From assembly GCA_964252035.1 (NCBI GenBank), contig OZ176200.1: a stretch of DNA of 64,000 nucleotides. One strand, 5' to 3'. This document shows, one piece after another, positions 62,359 through 64,000 of the stretch. The translations under genes were made by a program, and so were the position numbers. The DNA is from Podarcis erhardii. Taxonomy: Eukaryota. Under the pieces are notes generated by a model that was not told the DNA's origin, ran no database searches, and was given only the letters and a program-made list of their open reading frames with translations. Numbering within the stretch: the first letter of the stretch is position 1; the number at the start of each line of letters is the position of its first letter.

Positions 62359-62607
62359 CTAGGAAGAGACAGATATAGGTCAAGTTAGTGACACCTTAGG
62401 ACAAGATTCAAATCCTTACAAACTACAGGTTAAGAAGCCTGCAGGATACAAAGCACATTGTGGGAATAATCTACGGACCTTAAGGGACAAACACTTCTGA
62501 ATAAATGAACACAGTAGTTTTCAGCAAATTGTGTATCCTATGTAAAGCAGAATTCCCAAATAAGTTGCCTCTGCTCTCTTTTATTTATAACTAGCTACTT
62601 TTGCAAA

Positions 62608-62876
62608 CGGGTTGAGCTCCTGTTGCTCGGTCCCTGCTCCTGTCAACCTAGCAGTTCGAAGCACATCAAAGTGCAAGTAGAGAAATAGGTACCGCTCCAG
62701 CGGGAAGGTAAATGGTGTTTCCGTGTGCTGCTCTGGTTCACCAGAAGTGGCTTAGTCATGCTGGCCACATGACCCGGAAGCTTTACGCCGGCTCCCTCGG
62801 CCAGTAAAGCAAGATGAGCGCCACAACCCCAGAGTCATCTGCGACTGGACCTAATGGTCAGGGGTCCCTTTACCTT
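62608..62876 (+). mobile_element. 5'-truncated Sauria SINE, young
   Basis: Diagnostic body, ccctttaccttt tail, 12-bp TSD tacttttgcaaa at 62596-62607 and 62877-62888. Confidence 0.92.
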
Positions 62877-64000
62877 TACTTTTGCAAAACTGCAATAGAA
62901 AGGATGGCAGATTTACCTTCTTCAGTGACAACCTACTGCTTCTTTCCCACTTTCCTAGAGCGCAGTTTTCAAAATGTCCTTAGCATTTGTTACTATCAGA
63001 TCACCCACTATTTTTTTTACTTTAAGGGTTGTAAGCATACTGACCCTTCAAACTGTGAAAATTGAGATTGTCAGGATTTCATCAAGCAGTATCTGAGCAG
63101 TATGTTTAATTTAACAACAATTAACTGATGCTCAGCATACACTTGTTGATCAGTTGTATAGTTTTTTGCAAGACAGCAGGAACAGCAACAAGTGAAGGTG
63201 CTGCTTGACTTTCCCCTTCCTACCATTTGTGTCTTCAAAATTACCCCCAAAGTTATTTCACACAAAACCAAAATCTTCTGAGTTCCCAAACAAGCTATGC
63301 TGTTGCCAAAATACACCTCCTTGGGAAACATCACATTAAAAACGGGGAACAATCTTTATAGGCTCTCTTCACAAGGTGGCAATCGCAATGGTTTCCCTCA
63401 CCTTCTCGTTCTGTACTGAATCAGCTGTACTGTTTTAGAAGTACATGTAAGGTTACAACTTAATAGGGCAAAGTACAGTCTAGTCACATCAGACATTAAC
63501 TCATGGTTAAGTGTTTCAAAGGTCAAGAACTTGTGTTTCACTAACCATTTGTAACATCCAACCTGTTAGAGGATTTGGGTTACTATAGGATTATTCGTCC
63601 AACACCCACCCACACCCTGACGTATTATGCACAATGCATTCTTGAGGCATCCTTTTTTGCACAATTTATTTGGATAGACAACAGTGTTTACGAAGGATGC
63701 TCACTCTGCACTATGACAGAATAAATTCCTGTTCCCTTTCCACCAGGCTGTTTATTCTAGTACGTGATTCTCCTTTGCATTGATACCCTACATCTGTAAA
63801 GCTGTCTGAGCCTAAGGCATGAATAAAATTCCTGCCCAGAACAGAAGATCACAAAAGTGAAGCTCCTCAGTATTTTTAAGTATTTTTAGGGAATTGTTTC
63901 TTTCAAGCTCAGACGATTAACACAACTTTTTTAAAGGTCTGATGTGACATGTATATTTCTGCAGAATATTTATTACTCAATTTATTTATTACTTTTTAAT

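Overview
Vertebrate (squamate reptile, probably a lacertid lizard, judged from Sauria SINE, Squam3-like and lizard L1/L2/MITE content) genomic window almost entirely occupied by one minus-strand gene, MICAL2 (F-actin monooxygenase: FAD monooxygenase, CH domain, bipartite NLS, LIM domain). I traced 24 GT-AG coding exons by hand from ATG 62264 to TGA 5599; phases are consistent and the sum is 3282 nt = 1093 aa. Upstream non-coding exon(s) and the MICALCL/bMERB exons of the long form were not found and probably lie outside the window. The best leads are splicing-level: (i) a 95-aa aromatic/amphipathic alternative C-terminus made by reading through the 10105 donor, (ii) an extra 87-nt in-frame cassette exon just before the LIM domain, (iii) a run of symmetric phase-0 exons with regulatory hallmarks (133-nt AG-exclusion zone, UG/AG microsatellite, UGCAUG motifs, candidate microexon), and (iv) a uORF plus an in-frame upstream ATG. 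Introns hold many transposons, including several cleanly nested insertions (young L1 inside a Tigger-like MITE, MITE inside MITE, SINE inside SINE) and two CpG-rich elements I cannot classify firmly. I see no evidence for a wholly new multi-gene system. Comparisons to human/mouse MICAL2 are from memory and need checking by alignment.
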